DNA of 63,760 nt, the filler included, from Hausera hauseri (Eukaryota), in assembly GCA_046269625.1 (NCBI GenBank). It is 11 parts of 11 records of this genome, joined end to end, with 100 filler letters (N's around TTAATTAATTAA, not from the genome) between each part and the next. Parts side by side here need not be neighbours in the genome. Positions count along the whole stretch, not along the records: positions 12,028 to 20,766 come from JBJURY010551006.1; positions 20,867 to 27,665 come from JBJURY010064440.1; 9 more parts are not named here. One strand, written 5' to 3'. Below are positions 12,565 through 25,411 of this stretch, piece by piece; position 1 is the stretch's first letter, and the number at the start of each line of letters is the position of its first letter. Under the pieces are notes generated by a model. It saw only the letters and a list, made by a program, of their open reading frames with translations, did not search any database and had not been told where the DNA came from. Both the position numbers and the translations under genes were made by a program.

Positions 12565-15500
12565 TCAACAGATTCCTCGTAATTCCGAAAGAAAGAAATT
12601 TTCCAAACTATCGGCTGACTGATATTCACGCGTTGATTTGTCGTAGTATGTTCGACATGCTGTGAAAATTTTGTGTATGTCCAATTTGAAAGAACCCAAA
12701 TTCGAATATTTCATTCGATCTAATCTGTCTCGGGCAGTCGTCAGATCTGAACCGGAAACCATTAGTCATCACCCGTACGGCAAATATAAAAACATACCCA
12801 TCGGTGATCGAACTACTTTGTAATAACCCGGACTTTTCTTTTGATCGACAGGATACAAAAATGACACGGCGTCTTTATGTTTCTAAACAAAACACAAATT
12901 AGATGAAATATGATAAAGTTGTCCAATTAACCATCATTTTATTTAGCAGATCTGACAGCTTTTTGTGAATATCTGAATCGACTTTCCTTTCGTGATCAAA
13001 TTGAAAAGAACTCGACGATTGTTCTTTTTTCATCTTCTTCTTTCCTTTACCCTTAGAACAACTTGGGCATTTATAACTGCCCTCCATCTGTGTTGCTTCG
13101 TTGTCTGTCAGCCCAACACACGTTGGATGGTACCATTCATCACAATAGTCACAGGCAATATACAATCTGAATGTGAATGGTCAACAACCATAATTTTATC
13201 GGGTAAATAAGGTCACTTTGTAGGATCGTATGTTTTTCTACAACTGCAATAAATCTGATTCAAGTCCTCTTCAATTGGTTCCGAAGATTCATCTGATTTG
13301 ATACCGCTACAATTCTGGCATTTCCACGATTTTATCTGAGAAGCTTTCTTTTCGGTCATTCCAACACAAGAAAAATGAAACCAATTTAAACAAACATCAC
13401 AGCCAATGTAGTTTCTAATTTATGTCAATGTCAAAAGAATATTAGTAAAATGAACGTAAAAACTTACAGAGAACGATTGTATGGAGTTTTACAAATACAG
13501 TACAAACTGGATTCGTCATTACTTTCCGTTAATCGCAGTTTCTTCTCTAATTTTATTTCCTTTCCTGATGGAACTGTTGGTTCATGTGCATTTTTATTGG
13601 ATTTCTTCCGAGTTTTGGATGGAGTTTCTATCGGAGATAGATCTTCTTGGTACAGTTCAGCGTCGGAATTATAAGATTCTTTGTATGATCGCTTTTTCTT
13701 CACACCTTTTCTTGAAGACAATCGGTAGTTGTGCGTTGACGAGTCTGTTTCAGCAGCGTTTGCAATGCGTTCTTCGAAGTTTGCATCCACAGCCGGAGAC
13801 GTACTACCGGTTTCAACTTCCCGTTCGGTAAGTTCATCCGAACTACCTCGGTCTTTTTTCGTTTTCTTAATTTTTTTCGATTCTTTCTTCGCTAATTCGT
13901 TGAACTTCAGATCATCCAGTTTGTTTTGTGCGCGAATTGTTTCAATGTCAACAGTGTTTTGTTTCATTGAAATCATTCGATTGGAAATGGAACGTAATCC
14001 GCTGTCAAGATCGGTACATATATCGTCAAATTTGTTATCTTCACTACCCGTAGATTCTGATCGTCGTGACGATGACGTTCTATTACGACCTCGGCCTCTG
14101 CCGCGTATTTTACCGCGACCACGACCGCCAACTGTAAAAGGTACATCTGAGCGTGACATTTCTCGAATGTCCGTAAGGGGAACCGGAAGCACTGCAGGTA
14201 TATTGCTCGACTGAACAATTATGGGAGTTGACTGCATATCACATTTTGTATTTTCCACAGATGGAACTTTAGGAACCGTAGATTCAACGATCAATTTAGT
14301 TGATTTTATATCGTTTTTCATTACAGTCATATCAGGTAGAATGTTTGTCTGCTTTACAGTCGTAATCGGATTTTCAGGTGGGATCTGTGGCTTTTCGATA
14401 ATTGAAGGCACTGAGTTTTGCACCGTTGTGCTACAAATGATATTGTGCTCAATTTTAACAGGTTCGATTACCGGGTTGACTGGCTTTGGCATTTCGATGT
14501 TTGGAACAATCGAAGCAGCAAACGGCATAACCGGATAAGGAATTATTGGTCGTTGTGGAATCGGTGCGTCGTTTTTCTGGAATACGCGTTTATTGAGAAT
14601 AGAAGAAACCAGAGAATTGTGGCATTTAGGTTGAACAACGAAAGACCTTTTCCATTGAACATGCATTAAGAAATCTCTAATTTCCCAAAGTCCTAGATCT
14701 TCTTCACCCAACCATTCTTCGGAATACTTTTTTTCTGAAAGTCGGACTTCGGCCGTTTCTTCGGCGGTTTTGTAACGTGAGCGACGACTACGTGGTTTTG
14801 GAGTTCTATTAACACCTGGTATAAAATTCGGATCAGAATCTTCAGAATCTCGTTCACCGTCATCTGTGAAATTATCAGTATCAGCATAACGTGCCACTGG
14901 CCGGCGACCTCGACGACTCACCCGTTGTTTATTACCTGAATCCGTAGACTCCTCTGGTAATGTCGATATACAAATAGTAAGTAAATATGTGCATCGAGTA
15001 CAATATTTATCTAGTGGCCTCCATCCAATTAATTTCCGTTCCAACATATCCCCATTGGATAAAGTCTCTTTGAAAATATTTGGAAACTGTACTGAAGAAT
15101 TGACATTGTTTTCCCAATTAAGTAACATGTCATCCCAACGCAACGAATACCATAAAATCTTAAGACTCAAAGCTAAAGATGAAAGTCCAACGGATCCGAA
15201 ACTTTTAGATTTGTCGGTAGATTCCGATTGCGGTTCGGTTGCAAAGAGGTTACTGAATTTTGAGATTTTCTCGTAATTTTTGTTGAGAACTTGTGATACC
15301 CCGTACCTCCAAGTTGTGCAGAAACTGGGTCGGGCCGACGGATATGGCCAGTAGACGTTATTTGGACGTTTCTTTTCAACGTCGAACCCAGGGACTTCAA
15401 TTCTACCGCTTGCAAGAACTAAAAGACGCAAGGATTCCTTGCGAAACAGGAAAATATTTTTAATGTTGGCGCTATCTGTCTCATCTGGCCATCGGAAATG

Positions 15501-18434
15501 ATTAGGTGAAGGTAGAACGTATTCTTCTTCTTCTTTGTTAACCAATGCAGATGGTGATAGACGGAAGAGTTTGTATGGTTCTGATGTCTCGTTGTTAACT
15601 CGACTTATTTGAAACTGAAGTTCGGCAATATGTTTGTCTATCTGGTCGAGTTGCTGGTCACAATCGACAATCTCGTTACAAAGCGAATCAATTTCCTTTC
15701 TTTGCATTACTTCATCAGATGTATCTGTAATCGGAAGACGAGAATCGTTATTATGAGTTACTTTGCTTATCGTACGTCGGCCTTGGATTGGTGTTGTCTG
15801 TCGAGGTGTGCTGATCGGGTTATTTTGAAACGTACTCGTTATACCTGTTGTTACTGCACTACCGAATGTACCGACCAATGGTTTGTTTTGCTGCTGCGAA
15901 TCATGAGGTAACAACTTCTTGTACTGGGGCATTGTCTGGCTGCTGCTGATGCGAATTGGCACTTGGATGCCATTGTTATTTATATTACAAATGAGTCCCT
16001 GTTGGCTCAGTGGAACAACCTGGCCGTTGGACAATGTGGATGAACCACCCTGAACAATATTATTCAGAAGCAAAATGGGCTGGCCGTTAGGACTGATCTT
16101 TCGGATTTGCGGCGGGCCCGGCGCTGATTTACCAGCCAATTGAACGTTACCGGTATTGACTAACCGGATGAACGGACTCGTGGGAAATCGTACAAGTTGT
16201 GCTTGAGAAAAACACGGAGTACCAACAACTTGTGTTGGACGAGTGTTGATCATTAATCTATTCGGCTGGTTGCCACTGTTGTTTTGAGAAATATTTACTA
16301 AACACAGTCGATTAACGTTTGCTGAACTGCTGTTTACAAAAAGAGGTTGCTTCATGTTCACGTTTTGCAGAGTTGTCGTATCGGCGAAATTTGTCGAATT
16401 CATTGATGCTAGATCGGTAATGGTTGGATTTGATTTCACTGGAGTATTGAGTTCGTCATTGTCGTCAGCCCCATCAAATTGTGACACGTACGGTATGTTT
16501 TCATTTTGAAATCGCATACGCTTTTCACCAAAGTTGGACATTTCATAATTTGGAAATGGCCGTTTCTTATTGGCTAGCTGACCTCGCCATGATAGCAATT
16601 TACTATGGTCCTTTGAAAGGACATCAAGTCGACTTTCCAAGTCCTGTTTCTTGAGTGTCAATTCGTGTCGTTTGTTTGTAGATTCCGACAGATTTTTCTG
16701 ACACGAATCCAAGTCGTATTCTTTTACCGATCGTTGATATTCATTGACACGCAACGCCAAAATTGAATTGATAGAATGCGTAATATACGCTCCGTTTTTG
16801 TAAAACGTATCATTATCAATTTCACTGGAAATATCGATAACATCGAAAGAGGTTGATGCGAAATTTGGCGTACTTTTAATGGGCAGTTTAATAGCTGGGT
16901 GGAGATAAGGACAATAATTAATGTTCCCTTCGTCAGATATTTGTTGACGTGTTGAACAAAGAGTTGCGTATTTCCCCAAAGTCACTGTCGGTGAAATCCA
17001 ACACCATCCATTTCCGCCCATTCGTCTATATTCCTCGCCTTTTGTTTTCCAAATCATATGTCTCAAAAGTCCCGGGTTTCTCGTTTTAACAACTTCTCCT
17101 TCGGGTTTCTGAGTTTTCCGTTCTTGAATTTTAACACGTTTCTCTTCTTCTCTCTCTGCTGCCGTTATACGTTCCAGATAAAGATACCCCAATAAACCAG
17201 TCCAGCTTTTCTTAAAAGCACACGGCCGAATAGCCGTTTCAAACGTTGAGAGGAATTCAGCTAACGACGAAGCATTACGGACCCGTTGAATGTTGATTAA
17301 CCAATTCTTTCTCTCTGATTTCCAAGCCGGGCACATAAAAGATGAGAACATTTTCGTTTCAATGCTTTCCAAACTCAATCGTAAACATTGGAGCATATTT
17401 AACGGACCACCAAGAATATCATTTTCCGGCCTATTTATTGATAAATTAGAATTCGGCCAAACAGCCCGATTAGTTGGTTGACTGACGAACCAACTAAAAT
17501 CAATGCACTCATTAAACGAAAACTTATTGCCCAAAACCCGTTTCCTGTCTTTATCTTCCTGATGTTGAACTTTAGACAGAGCATCGAATTCCGTTGAATA
17601 TAAATTTTTATAAAACCTCCACATACCCTCATCACCAAGTCGATAAATGATTTTGTCTGATTCTTCAATTAAATTATAATTAACGATATCGGCAACTTCT
17701 TCCAATTGATTAGCACGAGTTTTTGCCGAGAGTCTGACGCGAATTGTAACACCATCAACACTGCGTACCAACAACCCTTCTTGATCCTCAACAACACCGA
17801 CGGGTAATCCGTTTAATGTTTTCAAATCATAGCTCTTTTCCACGATTGTATCAATATTGTCTGGTTCTTTGACAATCAACCCGTCGGCTGCATCTTCATT
17901 CTGTACATCAGTTTCATCACCAACGACATATTTTGCTATCTCTTCAAACAAAGCACTTTCAATTGGTTTCATATTTCCAATTGGAACGGATTTCCGAAAT
18001 TTACTCAATCCATGTTTCGTTAGAGTTTTAGTAACATTCATGGACTTCTTTATTTCTTCCACCAAACTATCGAATACATCACACAATTCTGATTCCCAAT
18101 CCCGAGACAATTGACTGCGCAGTTGTTCAACAGCATTCCACGAACTGTAATAAAGAACGCGTTCATATTCCGGTTTGAAGTTTGACTTGTTTTTCTGTAA
18201 AATAAATTCCGTCAAATTATCAATGTTATCGTTACGTGGTTCGATGATTAATCTTCGGGCAAGGAACCAATAGGTATTTCCAAATCGATCATAACCCAAC
18301 GGAGTTTTCTTGTGTTCCACCAGAGCTTTTTCTCCATCTAAATTACTTTCGTACAATCCGACAACTTTATGTTTAATGCAAATAGGACAGTTCCATTGAG
18401 ATTGCGGTACTGATGGTATACCCAAACAATCCAA
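12565..18434 (-). CDS. BPTF: BPTF/NURF301-like nucleosome-remodelling factor subunit (WHIM region, tandem C-terminal PHD fingers, bromodomain)
   Basis: 4.97-kb exon with PLGYDRFGNTYWFLARR, IWKTKGEEYRRMGGNGWCW, WPYPSARPSF..TW and LWEI. Four GT-AG introns at 13467-13415, 13216-13167, 12931-12883 and 12797-12747 give YCICKTPY..YIGCD.C..WFH..C, YCSCRKTY..YIACD.C.EWYH..C and a bromodomain (FLYPVD...PGYYKVVRSPMDL). Stop at 12565. Confidence 0.93.
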
Positions 18435-18920
18435 ATGCTAAACAGCTGAACAAGATTCACAGCAAAGAACTTCGCCTCTCGTCTGACTTATTCGACATAA
18501 GTCCTCGTGAGTTGTGAAAATTTCTCGAGATATTTCCGCTCTCAGTGATGGACCGTAGACGAATAAATCCAATGAAAATTCGAATACGTTAGTTCGATCG
18601 TCAAGACAAGCGAATAGGTACGATTCTGGAATGGTTATTATCTCTCCAGTTGTATCGATTGAGGTGATGTATTGTTGCCACATTTCCGGCCGTGTCATAA
18701 CATCCATCAAGAAATACGTTAAATTAACGCAATCCTTCTGATCCAATGAACACAATGACGTGTTCGCATATTCATCTTCACGAATTAGCAATTTTAATCA
18801 AGACATGAATTTCTGATAATAACATGGAATTTTCATTGGAAAGCATTGAATATATGAAATCTTCAATTTTAAATGGTGACAAATGTAAAATTTTATAATA
18901 TTGTATCAGTTTCGTACATC
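18435..18920 (-). pseudogene. BPTF: Degenerate BPTF N-terminal segment (DDT domain and first half of PHD1)
   Basis: ILHLSPFKIEDF..LLSEIHV, LIREDE, DQKDCVN..MDVMTRPE, LCCESCSAV*HLDC. Two frameshifts and a TAG stop at 18438. Confidence 0.8.
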
Positions 18921-19110
18921 TCTGACACCATTATTATGAGAATATATAATTCCAAAATACGAAGAATAAACCCAAATATAATTGCAAGGCTCCACGTTAT
19001 AAAAATATTATTAATGAAATTATAAAATAACAATCGACGACATATAAAATTCGGTCAAAATAAAATATCAAAAACAAATAAAAATCACGGATTCGGTAAA
19101 CATCATAAAT
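18921..19110 (-). mobile_element. LTR 3' end plus truncated tRNA-Leu primer-binding site
   Basis: The minus strand reads ...TCATAATAA-TGGTGTCAGA (PBS 18930-18921). Upstream blocks match the LTR end at 55990-56110. Confidence 0.65.
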
Positions 19111-19284
19111 TTTGCCCATATGAAACAACATATAAACATACAAATTAAAAAGCGGATTGTAAGTGCTGGGGCTATCAGCACTTGTAGCCAACAAAAAATC
19201 TGTGGATTTAAACTCGCTTGTTTAAATCCACAGTTTAAAAGTCAGTTGATAGTTTTCAAAAAGAAAAAAAGAAACAAGCACAAA

Positions 19285-20283
19285 ATGCCAGAAATCACAA
19301 GAATCAGGAGTCAGAAAAAGAATGTATTGACCAACGGTGATGGAATCCAAAGGAATGAATTGACCAACAGCGATGGAACAAAAATGAACGAATCGACCAG
19401 CGGCAGCGACAAGAAGAAAATGCCTTCCATGACCAGCAGCTATGATGGAAAGCAAATGTGTACTACCAAGGCACCGAAACTTGGGGAACCCATCTTCAAG
19501 GAAGGTGCGAAGGCCACACTAGTCGGCGTCGCCGTCTCTGAAAGGAATATGCGGCCCGTTCCGAACTACCGGATTCCTAAACGATCCCAACCAGATCTGG
19601 TAACGATACAAGACCTGGACGCCAGTCGAGCCTCGACATTCAAGCCAGACCAGCAATGCCTGACCCGGCGCGATACCGTTTCCCGCGAAAGACGACGCCG
19701 CAACACCGGCAAGCGAGCCCCGTACTGGTCCTACTCGGATTTTCTGACGGTACGGGAGCTGCTACAACGGATCCATTGGTGCGACACCTAGTCAGGTTGG
19801 GGTGGGATGACTCCTGCTCTTTACCCGTGGGAACACTATATCCGTTTTATGAGGACGGGGAAAATCGACGTCTCTTCGACTCGTCTGTTTTCCTGCCGGT
19901 TTTCCTTAGATTGATGGCGGCAGCCGACCGCCTCTACGAATCCTTGGCTTCCTCGGAGAGTCAGTTAATTCGAGGTCGCCGAACCATCGAAGCACTACGG
20001 ACACGGACGTGGAACTCCAGCTCGAACGACATTCGAGCCCATCCACGACTACTTCGCAAACTCAGGTCGTCTCGATCCACTACCGCGGACTCGTATGCCT
20101 CAGCAAACGGCGGTTGTCATGATAATAAACGTTTCGACAATTATACAGCTTTGTTCCTTTTTTTTTGTTTTATTGTTTTGGCGCCACGATGTTATGGGAC
20201 AGAGTTAAGGCCTTACCGTAGATTGTGTTCGAGTTTACTGGTTGCAGCTAGACTGTGGTGGCGCCCGAGTCCGCGGCACCACA
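19285..20283 (+). mobile_element. GC-richer insertion with unknown ORFs and an LTR-like terminus
   Basis: ORFs 19120-19791 and 19656-20288 include short 12-aa repeats (LTNGDG/LTNSDG/MTSSYDG). AATAAA near 20124. Ends GGCACCACA, the reverse complement of the TGTGGTGCC LTR start at 55110. Confidence 0.35.
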
Positions 20284-22165
20284 CATAGAATACGTACATT
20301 TGTTAAAATCAATGATCCGTCTTCGAAATGTCTCCAAAAGATCAATTAAAGTGGATTAAAATACAGTAAACTACAAACTAAAACAGTGGAGGTACAGCAA
20401 CGTGCAATAACAAGTAGAATTTTTACTCATTCAATAGGTGGCACGACGCAAAGGCAGATTTATATCGTGGTGTATCAATATTTTACGCTGCACCAATGAC
20501 TTTCGGTACATAAAGTTATTCACCAAATCTGAAGATAGATCCTCTCTCCTTAGAGTCCGCATGAATTGAACTGAATCAATAACCAAATTGTAAACATTTC
20601 TTAGACGGCACTTGTTCATTTTACACCATAGTTAGTTTTGACTGTCAATGAGAGCTATATCACTGCACGCCTATTTAATCATACACTAATTTCACATATA
20701 ATTTCAATCTCACTTATTTAATCACGTAAATTTCATGTACATAGTAAAGGGCACACCATCGCATATNNNNNNNNNNNNNNNNNNNNNNNNNNNNNNNNNN
20801 NNNNNNNNNNTTAATTAATTAANNNNNNNNNNNNNNNNNNNNNNNNNNNNNNNNNNNNNNNNNNNNTTCGATTAACTGCTAAATTTGAATGTGTGGCATC
20901 GATGCCCTGCAGCTCCGACGATTCCAGTCGCAGCATTACGAAAGCTCAGTTTCACTTCCATTCCTTTTGGATCTGATCCTCTGCCATCCATACAAGCATT
21001 TACAATTCTGATGTACGATACGGCCTGAAACAAAAGTACTACATTATACGCAGCCTTCGGTGCTCATACCACAGAGCACCTCAGGAAGGTTGTTTTCCAA
21101 GATTACGGTTTCTTTCTCTGTGCTTTTTAGTCAAAAGTGAAATATTTTATATTTCGTTTATAGTACAACATAGATGGAATAGTAAAATCCTGAGACACTT
21201 ACATAAAAGATTTCTTTAGTCTGGACGATTTCGTCTGAGCACTTTGTTTGTGACTGAACCAGTTTCACGTCTTAAAGTTTAGACAAATTGCTTCCAAATA
21301 CTGAATATTTCCATATTCTGTTCAAATGTTTCATTTCATTGGTACATTTTTCGAATGTCGAAGTCTATATAATGATGGAAATTTAATTTTGCCAGTCAGA
21401 TTTTCTAGTACAACATAGCTTATAGAGAATTAAAATGATCTAAGCTGCAACTGCTAATCAAAAAATTTTAATTTTACATTATTCGAGATAATTATCTTGT
21501 CAGTAACTATCATTTATTGATTTTATTTTAGTTTGTAAATTACATTATCAAATTAATTCCGAATGTCTGTCTATTCTTGAAACGTACTGAGATTATTAAA
21601 TATAGCTTTTCATAAGAATTAGAAAATTTTGAATCTTCATCATGTTCAGTCTCCGTCAATTTAAAGGGAGCGACTTATCTTTCAACATTTGAATTAAATT
21701 GGCAAGAGAACGAGAGATAGAGAGCACATCCTTATCTATCCTATCTTATTGGTAATGTTTAGGGGCAATGCACACGTGCGTCTCTTTACTATGGTTTAGT
21801 TGGTCGTACGTTAGTGATTTGGGACGCAATCCAACAGAAGGTTGGGCCACTACCAAATTAATTTCGAACTTGATTTAATAAGCCAACATGTTTCAAAGTA
21901 TATGTTGACCACAAATAAAAAATAATCATATGGAAATTAACCAAATGAAATATGCCAGTATTTATTTTTAGTCAACAGTATAAGTAGTCATTGTAAATAA
22001 ACTCATTCAATAACCACTACTGTGTTAGTATTTGAAGGTGGGCCCTATCCAACACCCAACTATAGCAATGATGAATTACACTCAAATTTATTTAAGATTA
22101 TGCAGGTAAGTTCTAACGTTCTCATTAGAATGTTTGCACTAATTTTATTATGCCTGTACTGCGTG

Positions 22166-22796
22166 TGATTCCTGTGCAAGGTTAAATAGGTCTCGTCTTA
22201 TCTATAGAGTTTAACCTGGATTTTATATCTTAGTGTGAGTCAAGTCCCTCTTAAAGAGCGACGAAAAATTATAAGCCAGTTTAAAATACAAGTTTATTAA
22301 CAATAATAACAAATACCAAGACGAATCGAATTTCCCAATGGGTCGACTTCCAAATCTGATTATCGGGCTGCTCACCGAGAACGTTACGAATCAAGTTTTT
22401 CAAAATGATCTGGCGCTTCCAGTCGCTCGATCAATATTCAAGTTCCTTTCGCTTTTCACTATTTACACACTTCAATACTTCTCGTTCCAACTGATTTTTC
22501 ACTGCCTTATATAGTTGGCAATTCGTGGGAGAATCGATTATGATTAATTTTCAATATTTCTTCTGGCAATTTATAAATAATTCTTTTCAATTTCTCTTGA
22601 TTATTCAACATTGTGGGATAATTTGTAATCGTTTTCTGAACAATTTATGTGCATATTTGTGAGCGTAAGCCGATTAGCCCATTCAATTTAATAATAATTT
22701 GTACTTAAATTCTGATTAATATTCTAAATATTCGTTTTCGGTTTCACTTTTATTTACATTTACACATTTTGTTACCATCTACGGCCTTTTATATCA
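22166..22796 (-). repeat. 3' LTR of Gypsy copy A
   Basis: Starts TGATAT immediately after the PPT. Contains TATATAAG (about 22512-22505) and AATAAA (about 22298-22293) on the minus strand. The candidate end ...GAATCA at 22166 gives TGAT/ATCA termini; the end position is tentative. Confidence 0.7.
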
Positions 22797-22808
22797 TTTC
22801 TCCTCCCT
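22797..22808 (-). other. Polypurine tract
   Basis: AGGGAGGAGAAA directly abutting the TG of the LTR. Confidence 0.75.
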
Positions 22809-22887
22809 GAACGGCACTCTCGGATGTGCCCATTGCGTCAGAAAAGGTGCCGCGTCTTAAGGGGTTCATTCGTCCGCGTAAGTCCGC

Positions 22888-23304
22888 TTACGAATCTGAT
22901 TCATCGCGTGGCGATCGCATTTCTAATCGGTATGCTGCAGTAGGCCTCGGAGGAAGTATCTCCATTATTTTATTATTCTCTGCGTTAGAGAAATATCGTA
23001 ATCTCGTAGATTTGACCCGACATACTGGGCAGGTCGTCTTCCCGTTTTCCAGGGTCCATATTTCTAAGCAACACCGACATTTATTGGTGCAATCCTTATT
23101 ATCTAGTACTACGAATCCTTGATAGAGGCTTGCGTCGCAAACGGAGCATTCTTCCTTTTCGCCTCTATCTAGATCTACAATATCTTGATTGACTTCAATT
23201 CGTTCGAACACAAGTCCTTGTTTATCCTGGTATAGATAACCATATAATTGTTTTTGCTTGGGATCTATGGAACTCTTTTTGGGGTCATCCGATACGGTTA
23301 CCAA
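22888..23304 (-). CDS. RING-finger protein or domain inside the Gypsy element
   Basis: CSVC-x15-CTNKCRCCLEIW-x7-TCPVCR is a RING-type spacing with the conserved W and CPxCR. The His ligand position is altered. Confidence 0.75.
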   Translation of the reverse strand: MVTVSDDPKKSSIDPKQKQLYGYLYQDKQGLVFERIEVNQDIVDLDRGEKEECSVCDASLYQGFVVLDNKDCTNKCRCCLEIWTLENGKTTCPVCRVKSTRLRYFSNAENNKIMEILPPRPTAAYRLEMRSPRDESDS

Positions 23305-23309
23305 CGTTC

Positions 23310-25306
23310 ACTCGATGATTTCTTGTTGGTCTAAATTTAATATTCCTGTCTTGTATATTTTCTTCAACTGAACACGAACTTGGGTGTATACCGGGATAGT
23401 TAGTCGTTTGGTACCGTTTCTCGATTGAAATATTGTGCTAAATATTTACCAATTTGTGCATCTTCTCGGACAACCATTTCCGCTTACGATTCTCCTCGGG
23501 ACAGTGGAGACGTAAAATATTGCTTCTTTAATCTTTCTTTTACTATAATATTCGGCCATGACGAGTATTTTGGTGTATTCCTTAATTTGACCGAACTCCG
23601 TTACTACTATGGGGGTCAGTTCTTTCCAATTCTTTCTGTGAACATTTACCTCGGTTCTCGGTGATTCATAACGAGAAATTTTCATTCCCTGTTCGTTGGG
23701 CTTTTCGACTTTCTGCCGTTTCGGTTTAACCTTCTGGCTTGTTGCTTCCTCTTGAGTATTTGGTGCAAGCTTGCTGCTAGGTAGGTTTATCTCCGGTATG
23801 ATTGTTACTGGTTTTATTTTTCTTCCTGCTTATATAATCACAAAGGGAAAGTTTCGTCTTCTGTATCTTCTGGGGTTTTCTGGTTCTAATTTTCGTAAGT
23901 TTAGCTTCTACTCTTCTTTTCTGGTGGGAAATTTGATTATGTACGGTTTTAGACTTATCATAATTATTAGGGATTTCGTCGTTCCATTTGACCTTGACTA
24001 GTCGATTGGGTTTCTTGGTTATTTCTGCTTGGTTTTATCTGTTTCTGTTTGGGCAATTGGACTGGCTTGGTTTGAACAGTGATTTGAAAATTGTTACCTC
24101 TTTGTGGACCTATATGCCTGTGTACAGGGTATTCACTGAATCCTCTGCGAAATTTCTGCATCAAATTGTTGGGATTGATGTCAGACATCAAATTCTACAC
24201 GGGATTTCTTGGCTTCCATTCATGATCCCATCGTAGAGAAACGTAAATATCTCTTACGAGTTTTGTTCTCCGACTTGCTGTGAGTATCTTATGGAAACGG
24301 AAATATTCGCAATTTATGGCTTCTAACATCATTTTGAATTGGCATTCTCGTGATGCCAGAGGAAGCAAGCATCCTCTTTTTTCCATTAGAGTGCTCTCTG
24401 TTCGACTTACGACTGTCGGATTGCGACTCAACTCGCGGATTTCAGCTATATATTCTTGTCTGATTCCTAGCCTTTTCATCTCATGCACTGTATATCCTGC
24501 TACAATGAAATCATACAAGCAATGGCTTATGTCTTGTATTTCAAGGAAATCCTTACCCTTTTCGAGTTGCAACTTTGTAATTCCTGTAACATCAGGAAAG
24601 GTATCCTTCACTTTAGTTCTGGGCGCTATTATCTTGTTTATTACTTTCTCCGTTTACATTTCTGATGGAAACTGGTGTATACTATCCATCTTCTTTCTCT
24701 CCATAGTTCACTGCTATGATCCTAATATTTCTGCCGTGTGGAACTAGTCTAAACGATTTTCCATGCTGTTCTATTTTGTCTTCCGAAGGCTTCTGCAGGC
24801 ATAAGATTTGTGGTAAGGATTTCATTATTTGAGTACGTAATGTCAGTTCAAACATGATTTTTGTTGGAATTTCTGCTATTCTAAACTCTAAAGCATAATC
24901 CATGAGGTTAGAGCAGCGTAGCTCATAGGTACTAAATTTCCATTGTTGGCCCTTTGGAGTACTCCAGGGCTGTCCTACGATACTGTACTGGATCTCGCCA
25001 TCAGCGACATGTATGCACATTTGCTGATGTGTCGGTTGATATGGAATCAAATCTCTCAACAGGTATGCTTGTGCATCCTTTGAGTTTCTCATTTTGTATA
25101 AACGAACTAGTCGGTTTTCTTCTAAGCCTCACTTTAATTCATAAACTCTCATGGTCAATTTCCACATAGGTTTTATTTTTCAGGTTTTCTCCAATTTGAC
25201 GATATAGACTTTTCGACGGGAGATTTAAGACTGTCACGTGCTGTTGCAAGAAATCATCTATCTTGTGTCTGGGACCGTGTACTGGAATCTTCGCTTTCTC
25301 GGCCAT
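23310..25306 (-). pseudogene. Unknown accessory ORF(s) of Gypsy copy A, broken by stops and frameshifts
   Basis: Chain of co-oriented ORF fragments (25306-25139, 25092-24682, 24611-24195, 24191-23967, 23685-23446) starting MAEKAK after a splice-acceptor-like site. Confidence 0.55.
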
Positions 25307-25411
25307 ATTTACTCTTCTGAAATAGAAATAAAGATCAATCCTAAGGCAGATCATCGTCTTGAAACAAAACATTTTCTCTGTCTGATGATAGGATAACCAG
25401 ATCTGTAGTTG

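Noticed and set aside
13481-18114. Plus-strand ORFs antisense to BPTF
   Set aside because: These are shadow ORFs of a long coding exon.
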